In this document: one piece after another, positions 43,170-56,227 of the stretch
How the letters are laid out: each line of letters opens with the position of its first letter
Position numbering within the stretch: position 1 is the first letter of the stretch
DNA from: the human T2T-CHM13v2.0 reference genome, Homo sapiens
Direction: 5' to 3' (one strand)
NCBI RefSeq assembly: GCF_009914755.1
Contig: NC_060934.1
Length of the DNA: 64,000 bases
The notes under the pieces: generated by a model
Told to the model about the DNA's origin: nothing
The model's input: the letters and a program-made list of their open reading frames with translations, nothing else
Databases searched by the model: none
Program-made: the position numbers and the translations under genes

Positions 43170-44640
43170 ACTTTGTCGTCGCGTAGCAACAGAACCTCGC
43201 CATACTGGAAGCGGGGCGCGGGGGGGGGATTTTCTCGACTGAGGATGCTGCTGCCCGGTAGCCAGCAAGGGCCCTGTCGGTCTCAAACGTGAATTTTGGA
43301 CCGACACAATCTCATGTAGTGATTGTTCTGCTTCCTGTGTTGCGCCACAACAAATTTCCTTGGGCTACATTTTCCCTCAGATTTGAGTAAAAGATTTGAG
43401 GTCACGCTAAGGAGCCTGCATACTGAGGTACAGAAACGGTTTTTTGTTTACAACAACAACAAAAAACCTCGCGACGGGACCGCCGAGTTTGCGGCAGCCA
43501 AAAAAGCTAGCGATGAGCTCAGCTAAAGTGCCGGGACTCTCGGATAGATTTCTAACATGTTTGAAATGTGGACGCCAACGCTGGAACCCAACGCTGTTCT
43601 TTTGTGGTCTCTGGAACCACCACGCTGGAATAGGCTGGAACCCAACCAACGCTGTTCTTTTGTGGTCTCTGCCTCTGGGGAGTCCACAAGCTGTAAATCT
43701 AACATGCAGCCAGCCGTGCGGCTTCTGGCCGCCCCACGTCTGAGTAAAGCCTTCACTGTGACTAGCAGGGAGAGGAGACTGACTGGAGCCAGAGAATGGA
43801 GGCGGCGGGCTGGCGGGGGTGGGGAGAGGCACTTTCAGGCGCACTTCACAGACGCACAAAAACAAGGAAGCCTGAAGGGAAGGCGGTTGAAAATAAGGCA
43901 ACAGAAGCCGCGAACGGAAGCGCGCCCCCCTCAGGATTGGTTTAACATTCCGAAGCTCAGCCTCGCCCGCCCCGAAGACCTGCTGCGGATCGCGGCCGCG
44001 CGCGCGCGCACTCACGCTGCTCTCGGGCGCTGGGCGGGGAGAGCCGCGCGCACCGGTTAATTCTGCCAATCATGCGTCTGGGCCTCCCATCGTGTGGGCC
44101 AAGCCCCGCCCCAACCACCCGCTGGCGGAGGCGCGCGCGCAGTCCCACCGCTCTGAGTCGCTGAGTGAAGCGGCGCCTCGCGCGTCAGGCAATCTGGCCA
44201 ATTGCGCATCTTTTCCGCCTACCGCACGGCCCCGCCCCTGCCACAGGATCGATTTACGGCCGCAGGTGCGCGCGCTTTTTTGCTCTCGCTGGGAATGGCG
44301 GAGGGAGGTACCCTGCTGAGGGGAAGGGGGGATCCCTGACACCTGGGCTTCCCCGGGAGTCGGCTGTGGAGTCGAGTTGAGCTCCCTTTCCGGGTCTGGG
44401 GAACTCAACCTCACCTTATGCCTGGGGTCTCCGGGGAACTAGTGGGCTTTCTGCAACGGGGGGAAGGAGGGGACGACTCCCGCCCCTAGTTTACCCCTCA
44501 AAAGTTAATGCCTTTGTCGGAGGAAGCAATTTCAGTCCACTCTCCTTTTCAGTCCCTGTTGGCCGCTTAAACTAAAAGGCTACAGACGGGCTTAAATGCG
44601 TCTCCGCTGTGTTTCTTATGCCTCGGGCCGGCAGGGTAAC
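43170..44640. promoter_or_regulatory. CpG island / SFR1 promoter
   Basis: Dense CpG; CCAAT boxes at 43936 (ATTGG), 44066 and 44198; GC boxes at about 44104 and 44230; E2F-like TTTTCCGCC at 44211; GCGC runs. Confidence 0.9.
44295..44307 (+). CDS. SFR1: SWI5-dependent homologous recombination repair protein 1, coding exon 1
   Basis: ATG GCG GAG GGA G|gtaccc; phase 1 joins exon 2 to give MAEGEKNQDF. Confidence 0.88.
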
Positions 44641-45075
44641 GGGTTCTAGTCACAGCTTGTAGAGTTCAGGATGGGTGACATTCAGGTCCTATTGTTTTTG
44701 AGTCAAGGTTTCGGCTATAGCTTCTTGAATTATGAAGCTGTCATAATAAAGAATTCCTGATTATCTAAAGCTGTTATTCTTCCCTACTTCCAAGGCAGAA
44801 TTTGAATATATTTTGGTGGATGAAACGAAAACAAGGAGAGTCTTGTGACTATGAGATACTAGCTGGTTGATGTATCATGAAAAACTTAGTGGTCCCTATG
44901 TGGGAAGGTAAATGGAAAACTGCAAAAAGAGCAAGAATGAATTACAAAGTGAAATTAGAAGAAATATCTGGCTTACTTGTGGATGCTTTGTACACCAATA
45001 CAATATATTATTTGATAAAAGTCGACTATAGAGAGGTGTGGTTAATTCGATTATTTTATAATTTTTCTTTTTTAG

Positions 45076-45197
45076 AGAAAAACCAAGATTTCACTTTCAA
45101 GATGGAAAGTCCGTCAGACTCAGCTGTGGTTTTACCTAGCACTCCTCAGGCCTCTGCGAATCCATCATCTCCCTATACAAATAGTTCCCGAAAACAA
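45076..45197 (+). CDS. SFR1: SFR1 exon 2 (122 nt)
   Basis: tttttag|AG AAA AAC CAA ... CGA AAA CAA|gtatga; KNQDFTFKMESPSDSAVVLPSTPQASANPSSPYTNSSRKQ. Confidence 0.95.
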
Positions 45198-45824
45198 GTA
45201 TGAAAATCTTTGTTCTTCCAGTGGATCCATTATGTGTTTCTAAGTATTGTGGCAGTGGTGGTTTAAATTCTACGGAAGGTTGTTAATTAACATAATGTGT
45301 AGCATAAATAAGTAGACATTTTATTAAATAATTTTGTTTTTCTTCTAAGGTGACATATATGACACCCACCAGCCCCCTTCCATATTTTCCTCTTGAATGA
45401 ATTCATTTCAGTTAGTTTCAGATTAGGTTATTACAATACTCCAGATGGAGAAAGTTTGCATCTGTGCAATATTATTATGAAGGTCTTTAGTGGCAGAGTC
45501 TAGGTCTTTTCCTTACTCTGTAATTCTGAAGCACCTGGAGTACTATCAGGCATGTGCTTGTTACTGAACAAATGTTCCTTGATTACTGGGATAAACTTCT
45601 CAACACTTTTGGAAAGGTGTTGATCTTGCTGAAGTAAAAAGGAAATAAAACAAATGGAGCTTCCAGAAATTAAAGTCATTTTGTGATGCCTTCTTTAGAT
45701 GTGGAGACAGAAAGCCATCTAGTGGTGTCTAGCATAGAAATGGAAGGACTTTATTTCTGGTGATTTATTGACATTAAGAATGTTTTTCTTGATTCACATT
45801 TTTAATGTTTTGTGCTCTTTATAG

Positions 45825-46235
45825 CCTATGAGTGCAACACTTAGAGAAAGATTAAGGAAAACAAGATTTTCATTTAATTCCTCTTACAATGTGGTGAAAC
45901 GTCTTAAAGTAGAGAGTGAAGAAAATGATCAGACCTTTTCAGAGAAACCAGCATCTTCCACAGAGGAAAACTGTTTGGAATTTCAAGAAAGTTTTAAACA
46001 TATAGACAGTGAATTTGAAGAAAATACAAATTTGAAAAATACTTTGAAGAATCTCAATGTCTGTGAATCTCAGTCACTTGATTCTGGATCATGCAGTGCT
46101 CTCCAAAATGAGTTTGTGAGTGAGAAGCTTCCTAAACAAAGATTAAACGCTGAAAAAGCCAAATTGGTGAAGCAGGTTCAGGAGAAAGAAGACCTTCTTC
46201 GGAGGCTAAAACTAGTCAAAATGTATAGATCAAAG
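45825..46235 (+). CDS. SFR1: SFR1 exon 3 (411 nt)
   Basis: tttatag|CCT ATG AGT ... TCA AAG|gtgaga; PMSATLRERLRK...LLRRLKLVKMYRSK. Confidence 0.96.
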
Positions 46236-46902
46236 GTGAGAAGAATTTCAGGACCATTGCATAATTTTTATTTTTACATAAATTACAGGAAAGTAATTTC
46301 AAAAATAGAATTTTTTTTTTTACCATAATAAGCAATAAGCCAAATATTCAGAAACCTGGCTTCCAACAGCTTTAATTCAACTCCAGATTTAGAGTAGAAA
46401 AGGCCCTTAAACACCAGGTAAAACTTTTTAAGAATCTCAGCTCTGATTTAATATGCAGTTAAACTTTTTTCTCTAGTTTCTAGCCCACAGCAATATTAGA
46501 AGTATTAAATGTTAGATGCAAGTACAATGGGAACAGAAGTGAAAGCTGACAGTGAATTAGTAAAACTAAAAATGGGCTGTAGAGTACAATAAAAGGTATT
46601 TTTAGTAATGATCTTGTGTCTCCCCCAAATAATTAATGTGATTCAGCCATTTTATTTGAGAAAATATATATATATATATATTATATTTTAGATTTCAACC
46701 CATATAGGTTGAATTAAATAGAACTTGGGTACTTGGAAGGAGAATAATCTTTATTACCTGGAAAATTCATATATATGCAATAGCTCATTTTCCCTGAATT
46801 ACGTGGAATAAGTGATGGGATAGTGTATCTCATTTGTTCTCTTGAAATTCTGGAGTTTTTAAAAAATAAAATTTAGGAGTATTGAATGTTGAAAAAATAT
46901 AT

Positions 46903-47213
46903 TTTATTTATTTATTCATTCTTTTTTTAGAGACATGGTCTCTGTTGCCCAGCCTGGAGGGCAGTGGTGCAGTCATAGCTTATTGCAGCCTTGAACTCCT
47001 GGGCTCAAGTGATCCTCCCAACTCAGCCTCCCTAGTAGCTGGGACTACAGACATGTGCCATCACACCTGGCTAATTTTTTAAAATTATTTTTTTGTAGAC
47101 ATAGAGTCTTGCTATTTTGCACAGTGTAGTCTTGAACTCCTGGGCTCAAGCAGTCCTCCCACCTTGGCCTCCTAAGGTGCTGGGATCCCAGGTGTGAGCC
47201 ACCATCCCCAGCC
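46903..47213 (-). mobile_element. AluJ in SFR1 intron 3
   Basis: Full-length antisense J-type Alu. Confidence 0.9.
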
Positions 47214-47623
47214 TAAAAAAATATTTTTAACTTGAATATTGTAATTTTAAAGAGCAGTTTTAGGTTCATAGCAACATTTAGTGGAAAGCATAGTGTCATT
47301 TTTTAAAAAGTACAGTTGTAATACAGTAGATTTTTCCCTGTATTATTGCTTCTTGACATAGTTTTGGCCCTATTTAATGATTTGATTTTTCCCTTATCAT
47401 AAAGATGGCCCAGAGCTTAAGCCAACAAAATAGCCATAGAACTCAAGTTGAGTGACATTGTAACCATTCTACATATGACCATCCTACTTTTTCCTAGATA
47501 GAAGTCCCATTCATCCCTGTGTATGTTAGCCTTTAAACCTGCACATCCACTAATTTAACAACTTTAATTAAGTTGAACTAGCATGACTAGTTATTGACAT
47601 ACATGTTTTTTTTTCTGTTTCAG

Positions 47624-47815
47624 AATGATCTGTCTCAGTTACAGTTGTTAATAAAGAAGTGGAGAAGCTGTAGCCAGCTCTTGCTTTATGAGTTGCAGTC
47701 AGCTGTGTCTGAAGAGAACAAGAAACTAAGCCTTACTCAATTGATAGACCACTATGGGTTAGATGATAAATTACTACACTATAACAGAAGTGAAGAAGAA
47801 TTTATAGATGTTTAA
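47624..47815 (+). CDS. SFR1: SFR1 exon 4 coding part (Sfr1/Mei5 C-terminal domain)
   Basis: tttcag|AAT GAT CTG ... GAT GTT TAA; [16 protein letters not shown] motif. The four exons total 738 nt = 245 aa plus stop. Confidence 0.96.
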   Translation, partial: NDLSQLQLLIKKWRSCSQLLLYELQSAVSEENKKLSLTQLIDHYGLDDKLLHYNRSEEEFIDV

Positions 47816-47878
47816 TTCCTGATTTTTGCTCCAGAATATCTTTGAGAATGACAACTTAATTAAAAGATACTTAGGCAC

Positions 47879-48168
<290 letters not shown>

Positions 48169-48470
48169 TGAATATCAATTAAGGGCACTTTAATATATAA
48201 ATTATAAACTAAGTTCTAAAAGGAAAATTAGTATTTTGGATAGATTTGTCAAAACGACATTTAAGTCATGTTTAAAAAGTCATTTGGGCAGTTCTGGAAA
48301 CTAGTTTTAATACATTTGTTTTTTATGACAAAAAGTTTTATTTTAAATGTTAAAAATTGTCCAATCTGGTGAATGTCTAACCCTAAAGTTTAAAAATTTC
48401 TGCCTCCTAAGTTTATGTACCTTGTTTCCATCCATTTACCACATATTTCCATCTGATAGTCTAGCAGGTA

Positions 48471-48476
48471 ATTAAA
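48471..48476 (+). terminator. Candidate distal SFR1 poly(A) signal ATTAAA
   Basis: Followed by CA about 17 nt later and a U/GU-rich stretch. Confidence 0.55.
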
Positions 48477-48559
48477 CTTATATGTCCAAAACCATATTCT
48501 TCCCTGTCTCTTCAAATGTGTTTTGCATATTCATCATTTAGTGAAACAACCATCTATTT

Positions 48560-48857
48560 CTTCTTCTTTTTTTTTTTGAGACAGAGTTTTGCTCTTGTTG
48601 CCCAGGCTGGAGTGCAATGGCACGATCTTGGCTCACCGCAACTTCCGCCTCTGAGGTTTAAGTGATTCTACTGCCTCAGCCTCCCGAGTAGCTGGGATTA
48701 CAGGCATGAGCCACCACCCTGGCTAATTTTGTATTTTTAGTAGAGACGGGGTTTCTCCATGTTGGTTAGGCTGGTCTTGAACTCCTGACTTCAGGTGATC
48801 TGCCCGCCTCAGCCTCCCAAAGTGCTGGGATTACAGGCATGAGCCACCACACCCGGC
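48560..48857 (-). mobile_element. AluS (Sp/Sq-like)
   Basis: TSD aaccatcta(t/c)ttctt. Confidence 0.93.
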
Positions 48858-51378
48858 TAAACCATCTACTTCTTATAAAACTACATTTCCTTATCTCCCA
48901 CCCACATGAAGGTATCATGGCATATAAGGTTCTTCGCATTTGTTTGCCTTTCTAGCTTCATCTGTGAAATGGGTTAAATTTAGATTGGTTATTCTATTTA
49001 TGAACCCACCTCCACAGGTTGGGTTTCTGCTGCCAAATTATACAGTTGTACCTATCATTTTGGCCATATATGGAGATAGGACCCAAACTGGGCCAGTCTC
49101 TGAAAATTTGGAATTTAGCTCAGGAAAAGAAAGCCCATCTCTTTTTGTGACTGCAGCTGTTGTATATATACCTGGAAGCAGCAGAGCTGACATGCTTAAG
49201 GGCAGTGAGTGTGCTTACCGAGAAAGGCAGAGGTGATAGGAGAGAATTTTATGGATCAGTGGCTTCCTGGTTTTAGTTGCTAGTCATTCTTAAGAGCTTT
49301 CTGGATTTCTGCTTTTGGGTCCTTTTAAGTGTTAAAACAGCTTTACTTAGCTTTTTCAAAAGCACTTCCCTACTAGTTTAGCACTCCTCTGAACCCCCCT
49401 CAAGTACATCCCACTTTCAGTCCAGTCCCTCCACATAATCTAACCAGTGTTGAATGGTTGGCACAGCAGGAGACGCCAGGGCCCTGCTTTTGTGTCCATT
49501 CTAATTGTTAGTGCCATGCCAGTAAACTCTTACCCTGCCCACATACACAAATTCCTGTGCCGCTGGCCTTTATGAATCTGAGGAGACTGGCCCAGACATC
49601 ATATGAGCTGCCTCTAGCACTGGGATTCCTAGATGGGCACCCCTGTGGACTTCTACTGTTCTAGTGCTTATCAGCCAGCCTCTTATCACTGCTTGCTGCC
49701 AACCAGGGGCCTAAATGTGGCAGGGGAAATGTTGCCCCTTGTGGTGGTGCTGGCATTTTGTAGGTCATTATGGTATTTCTCCAGATCTCAGAGGCTGCAG
49801 CTGCCCACTGCTGACAGGCACATCACCTGGAGCCACCCATATATATACACTTGGGGGAAATACAGCATCAGCGAGACTCTGGTTCTGGGAAAGCTTAGGG
49901 GCATGGTAATGGGGATTTCCAGGGCATTGACTGGGTGCTGAGGTTCCAACAGCACAGCAGCTGCTCTGTTGGATTTAATGGGATGCTTTTATTAAAAACC
50001 ACTGACTATGACAGCTTTACTTATAAAAATGAGAGCTAATACAACATAGCACTTGTTTTTAATTTTAAAAAACTAGAATATTCCAGTTTTAAAGAAGAAG
50101 AAATATAAGATAGTTATTTCAAAATTAAGAGGTTATTTAAAACTCCAATGGCAGAGCCAAGATTTGAAGCCCAGGAATAGATCCTATAATTTTAATTCCT
50201 ATGCATAAAGCCATACTGTGTCTGATCCAGTTAATTATATCACTAGTTGATAATATAAATAATATTTTAAAGGACTATAAAATATGAATATATTTGCTGT
50301 TCAGCAGAAGCTGAGAGGAGTCAATACCATGAACAGTATTAAGAGAGGAGTTACTGTGCATGACCCACATGTCCTTCCAAAGCCCCAAAACCAGAAGGTA
50401 TCTCCCGTTGAAAGGGCTTCTGGAATAGGGCTTGATGGCAAGAGGTGCCCACTAAGCCCCACTCCATCCATGCCTCAAAGTAAGGCAGTCAAGCAAGGAA
50501 CATTGCCAGAGTCAACAAAGGTTGATGACTAAGAAATAGAAATGATGCCGGCTGCTTTGTTAAGACCTGGGAATCCACAGAGCATTATCTAGTGAAATTT
50601 GTGGCACTACTAGCAAATGGAGTCTCCAGACAGCTAACTTAGGTGAAAATGGAGTTTGTGTCACCAGAAAAGATTGTAAAAAAAATCAAGTCTAGTACAT
50701 CTATGGTTGACTCAAACCAACAGGACAGAGAACTTCTGGCAATACCATCTTAAGTATAAAGTATTTGCACCCCTACCCTGGGGTCTGTCCCCACAACTCT
50801 CATCTCAGGGATAATTTTGAAGGACCCCAGATGTAGGAAATGGTACCCATGGGCACTTCCCTACTGAATACGCCAAACTGACTACTTCATGAGTCCGTCT
50901 AGTACAAAGGAGGGGAATCATCAAAGTGTTGGTCCTATCATTTCCCTTACCATCCCCATCCAGCACAGATCACTATGTGGGTGATCAATTACATCTTCTA
51001 AAGATTTATTTTGCTAAACAGAAGATTTTATAGTAGCTCTCTTGCTTTATCTACATCAGTGTATATTGGATATGGTACTGAGGATTAAACTTAACGTTGA
51101 GTTCATAAATTGCAGAACAGTGAGACAGTGACATCACTTGGAGATTGTGGTCCATGATCCCTGTGGACAGCAGTCCACAGGTTATGGAAGGGCAAAGCAG
51201 TTTTATGGCCAATTATTCATCTCATTATATAATTATCACCATCTAAAAGTGATAAACTACTTCATGGAAATAAGAAAGTATTTTTCTGTTGGTTAAACCC
51301 TATTGGGTAAAGCACAAAATTGAATTTTCTATTACAACATAAAAGAAATGTAGATTATGTCTCTAAAGTATGTTGTAA

Positions 51379-51680
<302 letters not shown>

Positions 51681-52020
51681 AAAATATGTTGTAATTTACA
51701 AATGATACAAGGCTTGGAAAAAGCTCTAACAATTTGTCTTGTTCTCATTGGTGCAGCAGAGAATAATCTAAATACTCTCGTAATTTTTTTCTGATTATGA
51801 AAGAAATGCTTACTGAAGAAAATGAGAAACAGAAGAGCATAAAGATAAAAATTACCCATAATCTCATAACTTTTCTGACAGTTTCATAAAATTAGAAATG
51901 CTAGTTTGGCAAAGAATTTCTTTTTAAGACTTTCTATACCATAACTATGAAAATATCTTTGATCCAACTCAGATTAAATGAGTAAAATAGATCTTGAATA
52001 CTTTCTGACTTCAAGTCTTG

Positions 52021-52026
52021 TTTATT
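52021..52026 (-). terminator. Candidate CFAP43 poly(A) signal AATAAA
   Basis: About 225 nt past the stop codon; a second AATAAA lies at 52063-52068. Confidence 0.65.
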
Positions 52027-52249
52027 CTTGAATAAAAACAGCAATTCATGGTATTTTACACATTTATTCATGCAGGACAAAAATTTGTATACAATTAAGG
52101 CTAAAATTAAACAATTTTTTATCTAAAACATGCAACTCAGAGGACATGCTACTTCAATTTCCCAGTAAGAAAGAAAAGGAAATCATTTTACCCAAATGAA
52201 ATGATTTTTTAAATGATTGATTTGGCCTTGTGTTTTCCTGCCAGCGTTT

Positions 52250-52416
52250 TTACATTTGAACAAGAGCAGGAAATGTTTTCATTCTTAATCTTTCAACTTC
52301 AGTCTGTAGTATTGAAATCTGTTCAGCTTGTTGTTTTGAAATATTTGTTAACTTCTGCTGTTGCATCATGTTTTCATACCGTTCTTTGACAATCTTTTCA
52401 CAAGTCAGTTTAGACC
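52250..52416 (-). CDS. CFAP43: Cilia- and flagella-associated protein 43, last coding exon
   Basis: gatag|GG TCT AAA ... CAA ATG TAA; [23 protein letters not shown]...[16 protein letters not shown]. Confidence 0.93.
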
Positions 52417-52514
52417 CTATCCCAAAAATGAATAAAGGAATTCGATTATTTATCAATACTTTCAAATACAGAAGCAGCACTCAGAATCATACATGTGGAA
52501 GAAATGCTGGTAGC

Positions 52515-53341
52515 AAAAAGGCATATGCACTTGTATGTTTACAGCAGCACTATCACAAAAGCAAAGACATGGAGTCACCCTAGGTGCCCCATCAACAGTG
52601 GACTGGATAAAGAAAATGTGGTACATATACACCATGGGACACTACACAGCCATAAAAAAAAGAATGAAATAATGTCCTTTGCAGCAACATGGATGTAGCT
52701 GGAAGCCATTATCCTAAGCAAATTAACACAGGAACAGAAAACCAAATACCACATGTTCTCACTTATAAATGGGAGCTAAACAGTGGATACTCATGGACAT
52801 AAAGATGGTAACAGGGAACACTTGGAGGCCAGGTGTGGTGGCTCACACCTGTAATCCCAGCACTTTGGTTAGCTGAGGTGGGCGGATCTCTTGAGCTCAG
52901 GAGTTCGAGGCCAGCCTGGCCAACATGGCAAAACCTACTCTCTACAAAACATACAAAAATTAGCCGGGCATGGTGGTTCCTGCCTGTGGTCCCAGGCACT
53001 TGAGGGGGCTGAGGTGGGAGGATCAATTGAGCCCAGGAGGTGGAGGTTGCATTGAGCCAAGATCATACCACTGCACTGCAGCTTGGGCAACAGAGGGACA
53101 CCCTGTCTCAAAAAAAAAAAAAAAAAAAAAAAGAAAAGAAACACTGGGGACTACTAGAGGGAGGAGGCAGGGAGGGAGGAAGGGCTGAAAAATTATGGGG
53201 TACTATGCTCAGTACCTGTGTGACGGAATCATTCCGTACCCCAAACCTCAGCATCACACAATATACCTAAGTAACAAACTTGTACATGTACTCCCTGAAT
53301 CTAAAATAAAAGTTGAAATTATTTTAAACAATGTATTTTTA
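52515..53341 (+). mobile_element. 5'-truncated L1P (L1PA16/PREC-like) 3' end with nested AluJ (52827-53138)
   Basis: L1 3' consensus (ggataaagaaaatgtggtacatatacaccatgg); 16-bp TSD aagaaatgctg(g/a)tagc. Confidence 0.9.
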
Positions 53342-53441
53342 AAGAAATGCTGATAGCTTTTTAACTGTTGTATACATTTTAGGATTACTGATTACTTTTA
53401 AAGAAACCTACAGTTGGTTAAAGAAAAAAAAGCATGCTTAC

Positions 53442-53595
53442 CCATTGCATTACAGATGTCTTTTCTCTCTGAGACAGCTACCAACTCTTCTCGTAGATTG
53501 CAGCTTAGGGCATAATTTGCTATATCTTTTTGATTGCTGAACTTTCCAAGTTTTTTGAGTAGTTTCTTGCAGTTTTCCACATTCTTTTTGTGCAT
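53442..53595 (-). CDS. CFAP43: CFAP43 penultimate exon (154 nt)
   Basis: tttcag|ATG CAC AAA ... GCA ATG G|gtaagc; [16 protein letters not shown]...KDICNAM. Confidence 0.92.
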
Positions 53596-54226
53596 CTGAA
53601 ATTTTTGTTCCCATGACACCCCACAAAATTAATTTTGAAAAATGTAATTTATCCTATAAAGACATTATTCTTATATTTTAAATACATTATCATCATTAAG
53701 ATAACATCTTACCGCCATATCTGTAGTGCCTGGCATAGTAGGCACTCGAGTTATTTGTTGAAAGGTAGAATGGTATGTTAATAACAAATTTTAGAAAAAA
53801 CATTTTGTATATTCTTAAACTGAGAGAATATTTTAAAAGCTTGAGATTGCTTTGTTTCTAATATATGCTACATAATAAAAACTGACCATTTTTATTCAGT
53901 GATGATTAAATAAAACCTTTCCAATGCCAAGGAAAGACTACCAACACTCCTATTACATAAATCCTAACCTAATGTAAAATAGAAAATCCACTTACACTCA
54001 GATATGTCCCCAGGGGTTAATTCTAATATTAAAGGAAGTGCTTAATTTTATTTCATTAGTTGCGGTTGCAAAGATACTACTTAGGGACTTTTAATTACCT
54101 CATGAATACTAGTAAATAACCAAGATTTTATTAGGGTCTAGGTAAATTCATGATTTGAAACACTATTACTTTGCTCAAATGATTTACAACTGTTAGGATA
54201 TAATAACCAACGTCTTTGAGACTTAC

Positions 54227-54307
54227 CTTATCTAAAACAGCAATGGTTTGTTCCATTATTCCAATCTGAATACTAATCAGAGCCTCATAGTTTGGTTCAT
54301 TTAGGTA
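54227..54307 (-). CDS. CFAP43: CFAP43 exon (81 nt; not in the ORF track)
   Basis: ctcaaag|TAC CTA AAT ... GAT AAG|gtaagt; [27 protein letters not shown], phase 0-0. Confidence 0.9.
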
Positions 54308-54403
54308 CTTTGAGATTAAAAAAAAACATGTAAGGATATTTTTCTCTCTTTCAATAGATGACTTTATAAAGGTTGTTTTAGCTTTGAAAGTTACTGTTTT
54401 TCA

Positions 54404-54808
<405 letters not shown>

Positions 54809-54849
54809 TTATTACATCAAAGCACCAATTATTACAAATGCCTACTTTA

Positions 54850-55600
54850 TTTTCTCATTCATTAATTCATTTATTCAACTCACCAAACATTTAAGTGTTG
54901 TTCCACTTGAGTCCCACATTAACAAAGTCCTAGTTAAAGACACTGAGGGAGATACAAAGATAGATAACATGTCCTAGTCTTCATGGGAAAATGATCACAT
55001 AGATATGATTGGTTGCCAGAAGCCATGTAGAGTGTCATGCTAATTCAAAGGTGGTTTGTAATGAGATGGAATTTCTCCAGGCTTGGAAAATCAAGAAAGG
55101 TTTTATGAAGGAGAAGGTGGTATTTAAACTAGACCTTGAAAAGTAGATTTGGGATGTACAAAAAAGGCAAACTAAGAAGAGCTGCTGGGAGGTGAAAACT
55201 ATAGAAATGGGGCATGGCTTGGAATCCACAGAACTTGGATTAGTTTGTAGGAGTGATCGTTGAAGTTAGAAAAACAGAGGACATCACCCAGGGAGAGGTA
55301 TGGAAAGAAACACAAACATAGCTAAGGGCAAAATCTTGAAGAACGGCTATATTGAAGTGTTAGAGGCAAAAGAGAATCCAGTAAAAGAGGTAGAGTGGTA
55401 TGACATGTTGGAAGCAAAATTAATTTGGGGTGATGAAAGCCAAAGGAATGAGAAATTAAGATGGTTAAATGCTACAGAGAATTGAAGGACCACCGGGTTT
55501 GACAGGAAATCCTTAGCTCTGAGTAGAATGATTCTACTAAATGGGTCATGAAGAACTGGAGGCTGCAAATGTAAACTGTTGGAAGAAAAATAACTCACAG
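54850..55600 (-). mobile_element. L2 fragment
   Basis: cattcattaattcatttattcaactcaccaaacatttaagtg 3' end signature. Confidence 0.6.
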
Positions 55601-55730
55601 ATATATTTTGAAACACTCCTGGCTTAGAATATGCTTGATATCACAGAGGCTTCTTATTAAATACTGGTTAAATGAATGAATACATTAATGAATAAAATTA
55701 AAACTATGTAGGGGGGTAGGGAGAATTTAC

Positions 55731-55895
55731 CTTTTGACGATCTCTTGAAAAAAATAGCATCTGAATATCCCAAGCCTTCTGATTTAGATCTTCCCTTTCC
55801 ATCTCCATTTTCTTATGTTCCCACTCAATCTGAAGTATTCTTTTGTGTACATCTTTACTTTCCATCATGCTAGCAACTTTCTTTTGTCCTTGAGT
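55731..55895 (-). CDS. CFAP43: CFAP43 exon (165 nt; not in the ORF track)
   Basis: tttaaag|ACT CAA GGA ... CAA AAG|gtaaat; [55 protein letters not shown]. Confidence 0.92.
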
Positions 55896-56227
55896 CTTTA
55901 AAAAAGTACATTAGATATCCATATAATATGATTCTGCATATAGAACATAGAATATTTGAGGCTGAATGCTATTTTTAGAAAATACTTGGGTCACAGAGAT
56001 AATTCTGTCTTCTTTTTAAGAAACAGACATTAAAAATGGCTTCTTGGGCAAAATCTGATCACTATAAAGCATGATAGTCACTAAACAGAAGGGATTATAA
56101 GATACATTTAAATAGCAGAGCCAATTTACTTTATATGTCAACAATTAGGCAGGAACTTTTTTTTGCCATCACCCAATCTACCAACCTGTATGCATTTGTA
56201 TCCCTATTCATTGTCCTCCCACCTGAT

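Noticed and set aside
43575-43671. Repeat-spacer-repeat pattern resembling a CRISPR array
   Set aside because: Only two copies, the spacer is built from the same motifs, the DNA is eukaryotic and there are no cas genes.
43557-44060. 167-aa plus-strand ORF upstream of SFR1
   Set aside because: Lies upstream of the core promoter elements; its internal peptide repeats only reflect the DNA duplication; no domain recognised.
43407-44069. 220-aa minus-strand ORF in the CpG island
   Set aside because: Starts at TTG, is Arg/Pro/Ala-rich with no recognisable domain; long ORFs are expected in GC-rich DNA.
46236-46328. Read-through of SFR1 exon 3 ORF into intron 3
   Set aside because: A strong donor at 46235 and an in-frame exon 4 explain the gene; the 30-codon extension is within chance.
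49380-51200. GC-richer stretch between SFR1 and CFAP43 with short ORFs
   Set aside because: No coherent exon structure found; may be very old ERVL-type internal sequence, but I cannot support a call without a Dfam search.
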